A stretch of 64,000 nucleotides of DNA from contig NW_005434662.1 in assembly GCF_000315625.1 (NCBI RefSeq), positions 526,307-590,306 on the forward strand, given 5' to 3'. The position numbers and the translations under genes were made by a program. Positions within the stretch are counted from its first letter, which is position 1. Each line of letters starts with the position of its first letter. Of the stretch, positions 25,815 through 36,742 are shown piece after piece. This DNA is from Guillardia theta CCMP2712 (taxonomy: Eukaryota; Protista; Cryptophyta). The notes under the pieces were generated by a model, which saw only the letters and a program-made list of their open reading frames with translations, had not been told where the DNA came from and did no database searches.

Positions 25815-26756
25815 TTGTCTCTTGCTGCAGCGATGAATCATTTCTTTATCGATCGCAGATGGAGGAACCCCGAGGTGGTCAAAGAGCGAGAAGAGCTAAA
25901 GCAGAGCTTCTTACAGCTGAGAGAATCTGCCCATGTGTTTGCTGGACAGTGCACAGTCGAACGATTCTTGACGATTTGCCACAATTATTTTGTTCAGTGG
26001 GAGGCTCTGACCAGGTTCCATCATGATTGCAGGACAAAGGGCTCGCGGGGTTTGTCAAAACGGAATCTCTTGCCGAAGCCAATCGCGAATAAGCCAACCA
26101 TCCTCCAGCTGAAATTTTCTTCGCCTAACTCCGCGTTCCAGCCCGTTATCAAACTGAAGCCACAGATGAGAACTTGGGGCATTCAACCAATCGATTCCTT
26201 AACAGTCGTTTCGCCTGCAATCGTGTCAGAACAGGAAACGATAGATTCTTCTGATCAGGGGGCTAATATCTGCAGGGACTTTCTATGCTCAGAATACCAG
26301 CAGCAACATGCGCAGCAGCATCATACGCAGCATCAGCACGAGCAGCAGCAACATGCGCAGCAGCTGCACGAGCAGCAGCATGAGAGACAGCAGCAGCAAG
26401 CGGAGCATGGGCAGCATGGGCAGACAGACCAGCAGCCTTCCGATCAGGCTGTATCAAATCAAGACAAGGAGCCTCGTCAACCCACCGACTCTGAGGTCGC
26501 TGGGCTCGCAGCCATATGGAGGGAAACAGAAACGTTGAAACGAGGTTGGCACGAGGCACTGTGTTATCCTAAATGCTACAATCCCTTCGCCATGGCGCCG
26601 ACCTCCATGCTGGTGCCTGCGGATCAGAAGCCCAAGCGATCACGGGGGAGGCCGCCCAAGCATGGCTCGGGAATGCACTGGCACACAGAGGAGCCACTTG
26701 TCTATCAAGTAGTTCACGGGCAAGTGCATCTGATGGGTGCAAAACAAGAGGCGTAA
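25815..26756 (+). CDS. Hypothetical nuclear protein with Q/H-rich tract and AT-hook; upstream exons likely
   Basis: 313-aa ORF, QQHAQQHHTQHQHEQQQ tract, KRSRGRPPK AT-hook. Confidence 0.6.
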   Translation: MSLAAAMNHFFIDRRWRNPEVVKEREELKQSFLQLRESAHVFAGQCTVERFLTICHNYFVQWEALTRFHHDCRTKGSRGLSKRNLLPKPIANKPTILQLKFSSPNSAFQPVIKLKPQMRTWGIQPIDSLTVVSPAIVSEQETIDSSDQGANICRDFLCSEYQQQHAQQHHTQHQHEQQQHAQQLHEQQHERQQQQAEHGQHGQTDQQPSDQAVSNQDKEPRQPTDSEVAGLAAIWRETETLKRGWHEALCYPKCYNPFAMAPTSMLVPADQKPKRSRGRPPKHGSGMHWHTEEPLVYQVVHGQVHLMGAKQEA

Positions 26757-27008
26757 GCAATGAGATGTATCTGTTATAGACTCCACTTGGTTCCCTACAC
26801 GTCTCGAAGCATCACAGACTCTCCTGCCTTCTCCGCGCCATGCCAAGTGAGATCGTCTGAGTTGATCAACCTCGGTCCACTGTTGATTTTCCACCCCTAC
26901 CCCCGATCACATACCTACCACCCCTTCTAAGATATGTTCAACACCCTACCAAAATACCCTAACCTACCCCACCCCACCTACCCTTCCCATTCTCCGCCGT
27001 CTGCCGCA

Positions 27009-27584
27009 ATGGACGGCTTCGCAGATTATGAGAGCGATGAGGAGGCACAGGCGCCAGCACCAGCAGCCATCCAGGACGAGGAGAGTGACGAGGAAGAGGA
27101 CGAAGATGCTGGAGCAGGGGAGAACGTAGAGCAGTCCAAGGGGGGGGAGGAGGAGGAGAGCAAGGAGGCGGAGAGCAAGAAGGAGGCAGCCCCCAAAAGG
27201 AAACTTCCTTCCGCCTTGGATGCACTGGCCTCTGGAGGAGCGAAGCCATCTTTCCTGAACACTGGAGGAGGCGACTTTGAAGTCGAGGAAGTGCATGTGA
27301 AGGACAAGGGTGACTCGAGCGACCGCCAGCAGGAGCAGCCGCAACTGAGCATCGCTGCTGCTACTCCCTCTTCAAACGACCCTGCAGAGTCAGCAGCTGG
27401 TGGGCTCAAGCAGTCATCAGATGCCGCGAGGAAGCGCAAGGGAGCAGGGGATGCTCTTGCAGGGCAGAAGAAGGATGTGAAAGAGAAAGTCAAGCAGCAA
27501 CGTGTCCGTGGGCAGACACTTGGAGGCGAAACAAGGCGATGGAAATCGGAGGGAGAGATGTTGCTGAGACAGCAGTTCGACTGA
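27009..27584 (+). CDS. Small acidic conserved protein with C-terminal WKSE.EM.LRQQFD motif
   Basis: Intronless ORF from MDGFADYESD. The C-terminus KEKVKQQRVRGQ...WKSEGEMLLRQQFD resembles a conserved uncharacterised plant/algal motif (from recall). Confidence 0.75.
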   Translation: MDGFADYESDEEAQAPAPAAIQDEESDEEEDEDAGAGENVEQSKGGEEEESKEAESKKEAAPKRKLPSALDALASGGAKPSFLNTGGGDFEVEEVHVKDKGDSSDRQQEQPQLSIAAATPSSNDPAESAAGGLKQSSDAARKRKGAGDALAGQKKDVKEKVKQQRVRGQTLGGETRRWKSEGEMLLRQQFD

Positions 27585-27932
27585 CTTGGCTCTTCTTTGC
27601 AATAGATCCAAGTTTCCCAATACTTTGGTTTGATCTTGAGATGTGTTCGCAAAGGAAAGCAAACAATAAATACCTTTTGGTCCCTCTACTACAACAACTT
27701 CATCACCTGCGTTGACTTTCAAACCATTTTCCAGAATTTTATGTTTTCCCTTCAAGACAGAGTTCCTGAAGTGTAAAATGAATATTCTAGCCAAGAACAC
27801 CTGACACACAGTACCTGTGCTGTGTGATTTTCGATCGTCTTGTCACAACTCTGTGTTGTTGCATTGAGTCCATGCGAGGTGTCAGATAAATGCGAAGAAA
27901 GAGGACGAGCCCTCCGATTCTCTTCCACAGTT

Positions 27933-28988
27933 TCATTCACTTCCTGAGAGCTGCTCCTGCTGCTCCCTGCTTGGCTCGGCAAGCACGACCTTACAATGAG
28001 GCGTCAGCAAAAGCATCAGGGCCATAGAAGTGGACCACACCTCAAAAAAGTCTTCTGCAGTTTCCGTGTTTGCCGATTCGTATGTGCCATATCCACATGC
28101 CCCTCGATTCGGTGCTCGAAACAAGCAACCTGTGCTGTATGAGAGACAGCCTCCCACCACCTCTGAAGTCCTCAATCCTCCACTCACCGCTAACCCATCG
28201 ATCTCGCTACCAAAGCACGCTCTTTTTACGCATCCTTCTGGATACAAACACCTTCGATGGCGCAGATCCAGCATATCAGCGGTCTTGTGCTGAGCACACC
28301 ACATTCTTGCATCCCCATCCACACACCCTTTGGCCCGATACCCGAAGGAAGGATTCTTGGTACAAGAGGGGAAAGCACACTTTGCGTTCTTAACATCAAC
28401 ACAATCGTCTGGCCGATGATGAGAGCAATACAAGGCCACTCCTGATTCTCGCTTCCCGAACACCGGGCGCTTTTTGCATCCTTTCGAGATGCATGTCGGG
28501 TTCACCACGTCCACAAACGTGGCAGGCTTGTGCTGCAAGCAAAACATCGCACACCTGCCAGGGGCGCCCACGGGACCGAAGGTAGCCTTCTTGGCGCAGG
28601 TCTGACACTTCCCACGGAGAGAGGTCAAGGAGATGGTATCAGAATTCCCAGCGCATCTGACAGCTTTGACATGCTCTAGACACAAGAACGCTTTCCACCT
28701 TCGCTCCCCCTCAGCCCCGACGACGCCATACGAGATATCTGGTGATTTGCACAAACAACATGCCCTCAGGATGACGTGCCTATCATCAAAATCCCCAGAA
28801 TTGGTGTCTGGCTGCAGCATCGAATCCCCACCGTCGCTGGATATGGTTGGCTGTGTGCGATTGCAACGTTGGGGAGCAGGATCAACCTGTAGGAGATCTA
28901 CCTTTGGGATTGAGATCTCATTGATTGCCGATTGAGCTATCCACAAGTACGTGAGGAGATGGAGCAAGACCCTCATTGAAGCAGACAT
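27933..28988 (-). CDS. EsV-1-7-type cysteine-rich repeat protein with signal peptide; 3' part spliced
   Basis: Repeated C..C.K...FG......C..H.....D units (CQTCAKKATFG..FCLQHK, CISKGCKKRPVFG..YCSHHR, CAFPSCTKNPSFG..WCAQHK). N-terminus MRVLLHLLTYLWIAQSA. Confidence 0.82.
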   Translation of the reverse strand: MSASMRVLLHLLTYLWIAQSAINEISIPKVDLLQVDPAPQRCNRTQPTISSDGGDSMLQPDTNSGDFDDRHVILRACCLCKSPDISYGVVGAEGERRWKAFLCLEHVKAVRCAGNSDTISLTSLRGKCQTCAKKATFGPVGAPGRCAMFCLQHKPATFVDVVNPTCISKGCKKRPVFGKRESGVALYCSHHRPDDCVDVKNAKCAFPSCTKNPSFGYRAKGCVDGDARMWCAQHKTADMLDLRHRRCLYPEGCVKRACFGSEIDGLAVSGGLRTSEVVGGCLSYSTGCLFRAPNRGACGYGTYESANTETAEDFFEVWSTSMALMLLLTPHCKVVLAEPSREQQEQLSGSE

Positions 28989-29687
28989 GGGCTTTCCTCC
29001 GATCAGAGGTAGGTTTCATCCCTGAAAACTGCGGGGGCTGGTTGAGGAGGAGCTTGCGTTGTGAGCGCCCATGACACAACGTGCCGCTTCACAAGACGAG
29101 AGCGACTCTGTCGTCCTCACCTATCGTCTTGATCACTTCGTCTTTACAGCATGAACTGATGCATCTATCCTGCTCCTGCTCCTGCTCCTGCTCCACTTCT
29201 TATGCTATCCGGTCGCATCCTGGGCTTTCCTTGCTTTCGCCCCCATCGACATCGAAGAGGGTGGGTACATGGATAAGGGGTTAGTCCCCATTACCATGAT
29301 GTACCCCTTGTGGGAATATCTTTGCATCCAAATGGAGTTTTGGGGGTTCAGAAGAAAGAGGGTAGGGTGAAGACATTCTAGGTACTTAAAATGAGGGGGT
29401 AGGGGGTAGAAAGTCATTCAGACTGAGGAATCGGACGTCGTTTTAGCGAGTTTGTCGGCAAGACAAGGAAACTTGTAGCTTGACTTGTTCATTGGGATTC
29501 CGACAGGAGCGCACAGTGTTCTCAGTTGTCTGCCCGTCAATGGAGATCGCGCACTGCGTCGGAGCAGCTCCTCAGCAGACAGCTTCGGCCTTGCCGCCCC
29601 ACTGTCATAAGGAGAAGAATGGGTCGAGCTGAGCCGGCATCTCACGCAGCCAGTACTCGCCACCCTTCCCTATCCTCATGTTCTGCG

Positions 29688-31952
29688 TTATCTGCTCATA
29701 CCGTCACTCTGCAAGCCCGACGAGCAAAGAACGCAACTTACCCCTGTGTCCCATACGACCATGGCGGTACTTCCATGGTGGACCTGAGTGACGGTTCCTG
29801 GACCCTGGCACGGGATCCCGTTGGATACCCGGACGCGCTGCCCAAACCTTCCCATCAGGTCCCTCCCAATGACCCGGGGATCGTCGAGCTCAGCGGAGTT
29901 CTCGAACCCGCTGCTGTGTTGCCTCTTCTCGAGCTCCTCAAACATCTTGTCGGCAAGTTCGTGGAAGTCTTGACTGCTGATCCTGGGGATCTCTCGGGAG
30001 GATTGCAGGATCCTCTCCGGATCGAGTTCCATCGATTCCATGTGGGTCAGGATGAAGAGCAGGCCCTCGAAGTCCGCGTCTAGCAGCTTAGCGGAGATGG
30101 ACTTGAGGATGGCGATCGAGATGGACACCAGCGATCCCACGCCCTCGAAGAAGAGGATGTCCCACAGGTGGCACACTGTGTCGAACCTCAAGAAGGACGT
30201 GAATAGCGTCATCCACCATTCGAGCAGAAAAAGCTTCAGGTCGATCTTGACCCTGCTTATGTGCGCGTACACCTTGGGGAGGTGCTTGGCAAGGAAGACT
30301 TTGAAGGCCATCAGGTAGCTGTGGATGCGGCCCATGTTCATGTGAAACAAGTTCTGAAACAGCTGATTGTCGAGGATGTTGATGAACGACACAAAGGTCT
30401 CCTCCAAGCTTGTGTGCAGCAGCAGCACACCCGCTATTGACCCCATCCCCTGAACGTAGCCCATCCCGGGGTCATAGAGGACGAATGCTTCGAGGACCCG
30501 CCTGAGATTTTCTGTGTAGCTGCCTCCTTCGCTGAAGATTTTCAACCTCGGGAGAGTTCGAATGAGGTCGAGACGCACTTGGATGAAATTTGTCAGGATG
30601 GAATCAGACTGGGATTGAGCGGTATCGTCGTTCTCCGTCGTTCGAGCTCCAGTTTCTCCCGCAGACTGGTGCTTGCCGTCAAGTAGCATTGACTCCATGG
30701 CTTTCTTGTCTTGTAGTGCTATGGCCGAGTGCAGATCTCTTGCTCTAGCATCGTAGGTGCAGAAATCGTTGATGTCTATTCCCTTCTTGTTGCCGATCGC
30801 AACCATCCACGCAGTTCCCCGGAGACTTGGGGGAATGCCCTGGAAAAGAACTTTATGGACAGTCCTTTGCACCTTGTATTCCTCCAGAGCGTTCATGATC
30901 TCCTGCTCTCTGCTTTGAACTCTCTTCGCTATCAAGTCTCGATACCTCTCCAAGACATTGTGGATTGATTTCAAATCCAGATCGTTGCAGAAATGAATAT
31001 TCTGTTCGCTGGACAAGAATTTCAGATCCGGGTTGTGGTAAGATTGCCTGTTTTCCTCAACTTTTGAAACTGCCTGCGACAAGAATTCCACAAAGAGGCT
31101 CAAATCCGCTGGCCCATGATATGACTCTGTACAGATTTTTAGAGGGTGGTAAAGCACAACGAGCCTCGACTCGTGGAAGTCTATAGGAGGGACTGACTTG
31201 ACCAGTCGCTTCAACACCTTGCACTGGTTGATGTCGACGAAGGTGAATCTCAGCGCACCAAAGAAGATGCGAGAGAGAATGAGAAACCAGTCAGGCGGAT
31301 CGCTGCGGGTCATGAACATCAAGACGGTCGGGAACTGGATGTGCTTCCTCGTGAAGAGGTAGCTGAAATCGACTTCCTTGTCTATCCTCTCGACGAAGCC
31401 ATCCTTGCTGAGGTACCCCAGGATCTCGTTGTCCAGAGAGTGGATCGAGATGAAGATTGCCAGCGGGAGAAACTTGGGCTTCCCTCGATAGGGAATGATC
31501 ACGGTGTCGGAGCCCTTCCCCAGCAGCAGGATGATATCAGGTTTCTCTCTGCAGTTTTGCTCGTTCTTGATGGTGAGCTTCGAGTAGAGATGGTCTTGCC
31601 AGACAGACTTCGCATGTACTTCGCTGTCTTTGAGAATGCCGAAGAAAACCCTCCTGCGGAATGCACGGGCAGCACGGGAGAACTGCTGGCGCGGAAAGTT
31701 GGTCCACGGGAACATGAGCAGTCTCGGGAGCCGAGAGTTCTTCAAGTAAAGGTCATTCGTTCCGAACGACTCGTCCCTCCAGTCTGCACTCAGAAAGTCC
31801 TCGAAGTCACAATCATGCACAACCCCATCCGCAGTAGTGGCCGTGCTGCCTGCTTCCGGCGAACATGCCGAATCCCAAGACTCGTTCAGGTCGTCATGAG
31901 CTTGATCTACCACCGTCTCCATCCTCTCAAGGAGCCGCCAACGTGAACTCAC
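29688..31952 (-). CDS. TBC-domain Rab GTPase-activating protein with N-terminal thioredoxin-like region
   Basis: FQGIPPSLRGTAW, VRLDLIRT (IxxDxxR) and GYVQGM (YxQ) catalytic motifs in a 754-aa ORF. Confidence 0.88.
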   Translation of the reverse strand: MSSRWRLLERMETVVDQAHDDLNESWDSACSPEAGSTATTADGVVHDCDFEDFLSADWRDESFGTNDLYLKNSRLPRLLMFPWTNFPRQQFSRAARAFRRRVFFGILKDSEVHAKSVWQDHLYSKLTIKNEQNCREKPDIILLLGKGSDTVIIPYRGKPKFLPLAIFISIHSLDNEILGYLSKDGFVERIDKEVDFSYLFTRKHIQFPTVLMFMTRSDPPDWFLILSRIFFGALRFTFVDINQCKVLKRLVKSVPPIDFHESRLVVLYHPLKICTESYHGPADLSLFVEFLSQAVSKVEENRQSYHNPDLKFLSSEQNIHFCNDLDLKSIHNVLERYRDLIAKRVQSREQEIMNALEEYKVQRTVHKVLFQGIPPSLRGTAWMVAIGNKKGIDINDFCTYDARARDLHSAIALQDKKAMESMLLDGKHQSAGETGARTTENDDTAQSQSDSILTNFIQVRLDLIRTLPRLKIFSEGGSYTENLRRVLEAFVLYDPGMGYVQGMGSIAGVLLLHTSLEETFVSFINILDNQLFQNLFHMNMGRIHSYLMAFKVFLAKHLPKVYAHISRVKIDLKLFLLEWWMTLFTSFLRFDTVCHLWDILFFEGVGSLVSISIAILKSISAKLLDADFEGLLFILTHMESMELDPERILQSSREIPRISSQDFHELADKMFEELEKRQHSSGFENSAELDDPRVIGRDLMGRFGQRVRVSNGIPCQGPGTVTQVHHGSTAMVVWDTGVSCVLCSSGLQSDGMSR

Positions 31953-32326
31953 CGGCTCGACGAGCTTCTTAACGATTCCCTACTTGCCCTATGAGTTGGC
32001 TCGGTTTCTCCTGCTTACACCATCCCCTATCCGCTCCCTCTCACAGCGCTCTTCGGGCACGTTCCAATCCTCCTGGGCTCTCCAAACATGCCTTTAGAGC
32101 ATCTGGCAGCTTCCAGACTCCGCTCCTGCTTTTCTTACCGTCAGTATACATCGCTCCCTTCATCTCCATCATGATCGCCCTCGTCATCGTCGGCTCGCAG
32201 GTTGCCGCATCGCAGGCAGCATTGTCGGCAGGAGCGAAACCGTCCCAATGTACCCTCGTCCCCGCTCAACCCGATGGTTAGCCCTCATCTCCGCCCCTGC
32301 TCCCTCCTCTCCCCGACAGCACGCGC

Positions 32327-33741
32327 ATGTGGCTTCGCAAGGCAGTCCGCGCAGAGCTCGCTTCCTTCCCGATCGGTCGATCGCGATCATGCGGGATTGT
32401 CGGCATGCCGAATGTCGGGAAGTCTACCCTGTTCAACGCCCTCACCAACACTCAAGCTGCTCAAGCTGCAAATTATCCGTTCTGTACCATCGACCCCAAC
32501 GGTGACTGACTTTGCTCGCCTGTTTCGAGTGAGAGTGAACGCATGCACAGTGGGAAAGGTCGCTATCCCCGACATGAGACTTGAAAAGCTGGCCAAGGTT
32601 GCTGCAAGTGCGAAGATCATTGGTACATGGCGCTCCGATGAACAAGGGACTGATCTATTAACAGGGGCACAACTCGAATTCGTCGACATTGCCGGACTGG
32701 TGAAAGGAGCAAGCGAAGGAGCAGGTCTGGGGAACAAATTCCTATCGCACATACGTCAGGTATTACTTCACTTCCTGCTGGGAATCGAAGGGCGCTGAAG
32801 AACGGAGTTCTCAGGTTTCCATGATTGTGCAGCTAGTGCGATGCTTCGATGACAGCAGCCGAGAGATCATCACGCATGTGGACGGCAGCGTCGATCCTGT
32901 CAGGCATGCCCCCTGTTTTGGCTCTTCTACCACTGCTGACCTCTGGTGTGAAGAGACATCGAGACGATCGAGACTGAGCTCCTCCTGGCCGATATCCAGA
33001 CACTGTCCAAGAAGGACGGGAACTCAAAGAAGTCCGCCAACGAGCAGGAGCTAGCTGCCAGGATCCTGAAGGACCTTGACAAGGGGATTCCTGCACGGAA
33101 GTTCATCCTCCAGCCCGAGGAAGTTGCCTCCTTCAGAAACTTCTCACTCCTCACCGGCAAACCCATGCTCATAGTGTGCAACGTTCCAGACTCGCAGCTG
33201 TCAGGCAACAAGTACACCGAGGCCGTTCAACAGCTGCTCCAGAAACGCAAGAGCGAAGATCCCGAATACGTGGAGGAACAAGGGGATGTCATCAACGTCT
33301 GCTCGAAGCTGGAGGAAGAGGTTTCCTTGATGGACGACCCAGAGAGCAGGGAGCAAATCTTGCAGGAGTATGGATTGGAGAAGACGGGATTGTCGAAGAT
33401 CGTGGCAGAGAGTAATCGGAGATTGGGTTTGCAAACATACTACACTGTCGGGCCACAGGAAGCCAGGGCATGGCAGTTTCCGGAAGGCATGCTCGCGCCT
33501 CAAGCAGCCGGCATCATCCATACAGACTTTGAGAAGGGTTTCATCAAGGTAAGGAGAGGGTTTGCTCCGAATCCCAGCACGGCTCACCCCGCCACATTTT
33601 CAGGCTGAAACGATCAGTTATGATGACTACATCGCATGTGGGGGTGAGCAAGGAGCAAAGGAAGCCGGGAAGCTCCGCCTGGAGGGGAAGGAGTACGTTT
33701 GCCAGGACGGGGATATATTCCACTTCAAGTTCAATGTGTGA
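32327..33741 (+). CDS. ychF: YchF/OLA1 ribosome-binding ATPase, bacterial/organellar type; multi-exon, possible extra upstream exon
   Basis: [92 protein letters not shown]. Confidence 0.95.
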
Positions 33742-34878
33742 CGAAGAGAAATGAAGGGAAGACGATCGGATGTCTCTTGTGAGGGATGAGAGTTCAGTGT
33801 TTGCGACCCCCAGCCTACATGAAGATCGCTGGGGATGCCGCATACACAACAGGGGGGCCCTCGTGGACGTCTCCATCCCTGAAGTAGTCGTTGGTGCTGT
33901 TCCATCATGTTAGCTCGCCGGCTCCTCTCACCACCAGCATGCACGCAATACCTGTTGACGGGAGCGCATCCAAACATGCCGGCAATCGCACATGGGCCGT
34001 TGACGCTGTCTCCGACGCCTCCCCACTCAGGAGGGACGCCAGTGTCGCCCGCATGGTGACCCTTGACTTGATCGTCATGCACGAGCGACGCTAAGAAGGA
34101 GAGAGGTCACCGCAAGGTATTCGTCCACCGTCTGAAGCTGATTGAACGGACGTCCGAGAGGGACCAGGATATATTGAAGCATCTGCAAACAACAGTGACC
34201 TCTACATCTTCCACCCATTCTATCAGAGCATGATTATGAATTTTGATATTGAACGGTATGTTTTCTGCAACACTAAACTGAGTGTAGCTCATAAACCAAG
34301 CCTTGCTGCTGTTCATATTCTCAGTCTGACTACAATCATGAGTGCCGGGTCTCCAACTCGGCTGCCAAGTTTATATGCCCATGTAAGCATGTGAGCTACG
34401 CCCTCTCGTCTGCTGCTCTGCCACGTTCTGCTCCTCCTGCCTTCGCGCCTCTTCGTTCTCAACACGTCCATGCCACCATCTGATCCCTCCGCCGCCTGTT
34501 CGGGAATGACTATTCCCGATCATAGCGGAATGACTATTTCTCAGCCCGCCTCAGCTGATGTGTCGACTAGAGCTTTCACAACGGGGAACTTCCGAACTTT
34601 CACAAATTGAAACTGAAACACTGACAGGGCCTCGGCCTCGGAGAGCACAGGGACAGCCTCGGACAGATGATCGGACAGACCGCCGGAAGTTGTGTATTCC
34701 TTTCTCACAGGTTAAAATCATCTATTCAATCATAGGTACGCAAAAAAATTCACAAATACTGCAGATACAAGGCAAGCGTGTCTCAGGCTACCTTGTCCGC
34801 GCAAAAATAAAAAAAATGTGACATGTGGCTAATGTTTGATCTGAAGTTGCCCGCGGCATCAAAATTATGTACACGATT

Positions 34879-36742
34879 TCATTTGTTGCAAGATTCGATT
34901 GCCAGAATCCACTTTGACCGATCAGTTTCTGAAACACAAGCGCACTCAAAAGTTCTGCGCTTCATGTTATCGCGAATAGTCAGTTCCCAGTGATTTCCGC
35001 TCCCTGCCTTTGGCTGAGCAAGACATGATTTCAAGGAGATGCATCCCTGAGGATCCTGGCCCGCAGCAAAGGCATCAGAGCTGACATAATACTCCAATGA
35101 TGTCCCCGACAGTACAAAGAAGCGGTCCCTCCAGGAAGAATTGTACCACCCTCGCTTCTTCATCCAGCCTGTGTATTTGGGCGATCCTTTCTTCGCCGAT
35201 TCTCTACAAGAAAAAACATCAGTGATGAACTATGCTCAGAGCAAAGAATGCAGAAAAAAAAACTCACTCTTCAGTAAAAATCGTGGGTCTTCTGTCAATT
35301 GCTTTGCGTCTGTTTTCAGGCTCAAAACAAGAAATTCCCTGATAAACAAGTGTTTTTACCTGTCATCCTCTACGATCTGTTTCAAGTGATCGATCCATGA
35401 TTTCATTTGAAACTCGTCACTGCATCGACATTCATACGTCCTCTTCTTGACATTATCTCGAATGACGAAAACACTGGAATCATCTTTGTCACGCTCCACG
35501 TTGCATCCCGAAAGAAGTATCGTTCCCCTTGGAGATAGACCATTTTGATACGAGTCGGAGTTTGCGTAGTAGTCTAGACTCCTATTCTGCCTCAAGACGA
35601 AATATCGGCCTTGCCATGCAGTGTTGAACCATCCTCGCTTTTTCAACCAGCCTTCGTGCATTGTGGAGGAAGTCCTGCACAAATGATTAAACAGATATAA
35701 TTTCCTCATGGCTATCTTCAGGAAACAGGATAATTACACTTACATGTCATTTGGCAACATCTTTTGAGAGTTGTTCTGCCTCTGGTTTGATTCCCAACTA
35801 AATAAGTTGGTGAGAGAGCTGCTTCGTTGAATGGTGGAGCTGCCCCTTGGCGATTCGGATACAGACGGGGAAGGAGTATCAGGAGGCTGATAAAGGAGAA
35901 AATGAGATGAAAAAAACACAATAAATCAAATGGAAAAATCTAAAATGACTCACAGAGTCTTTCCATCTTGACTGCATTTTTTCCGTGAAAGAAAACGAGC
36001 TCACTCGACCAGTGTCACATTTTTTCACCAATCTCCCATCGAACAAGCTGTTGAAGTACGGGCACCAGCATTTTCTACAAAAAACAAAATGAAAATTAGG
36101 AGACGATCGATAAAAAGTAAGAAGGTACCTGTGCTCAGGTGAAAGAGAGATCACAATTTCATGCAGCAAAGCAGCTTCATCCCTTCGATCCTGCCGGACC
36201 AACAAAGCACTCTGATGATCGAGGGTGCGTACGTGCTTCGGATTGAGAACAAGAGACTTTTCAAAGCATTCTTCAGCACCATATAAATCATCGAAATCTT
36301 CAAGCAGCAACAGACCCAAATAGGCTAATGTACTGCATTTGAGCTCTTGATCGCATTCCATTGAAAGTGCGGTTTCGTAATGCATTTTGGCAGCATCGCG
36401 TCGTTTCACTTCATGCTCAAGTCTGCCGAGATTGAAAATAATCTTTGGTCTCTCTGGGTCTACCTTCAAAGCGTGGAGATAGAGAGTTCTGGCTGCATCG
36501 AATTGACCAGTCCGATGGTTAATGACCGCAAGCGAATGGAGCGCCTTCACATCGGTCTCGTTATTACACAAAATTCTGCAGAAAATCTCAGAAGCTTCTT
36601 CTAGTCTCTTCTCCGATATCAATTTTTCAGCTTGGACGTGCAGTTTTGCATTGTCTAGTTGTTCTTTTCCTCGAATGAACGAAGATTGATTCAGGTTGAG
36701 TTTTACTTCCATGTTGGGGCTCACGATAGGAGCAAGCGACAT
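34879..36742 (-). CDS. TPR-repeat protein followed by two PH domains (probably one multi-exon gene)
   Basis: TPR ORF 35879..36742. PH domains EGWLKKRGWFNTAWQGRYFVL...SWIDHL (35356..35709) and GWMKKRGWYNSSWRDRFFVL...KWILAI (34879..35163). Confidence 0.75.

Noticed and set aside
33780-34470. Possible minus-strand gene between ychF and the PH gene
   Set aside because: Only short ORFs with no recognisable motif; a gene model could not be assembled.
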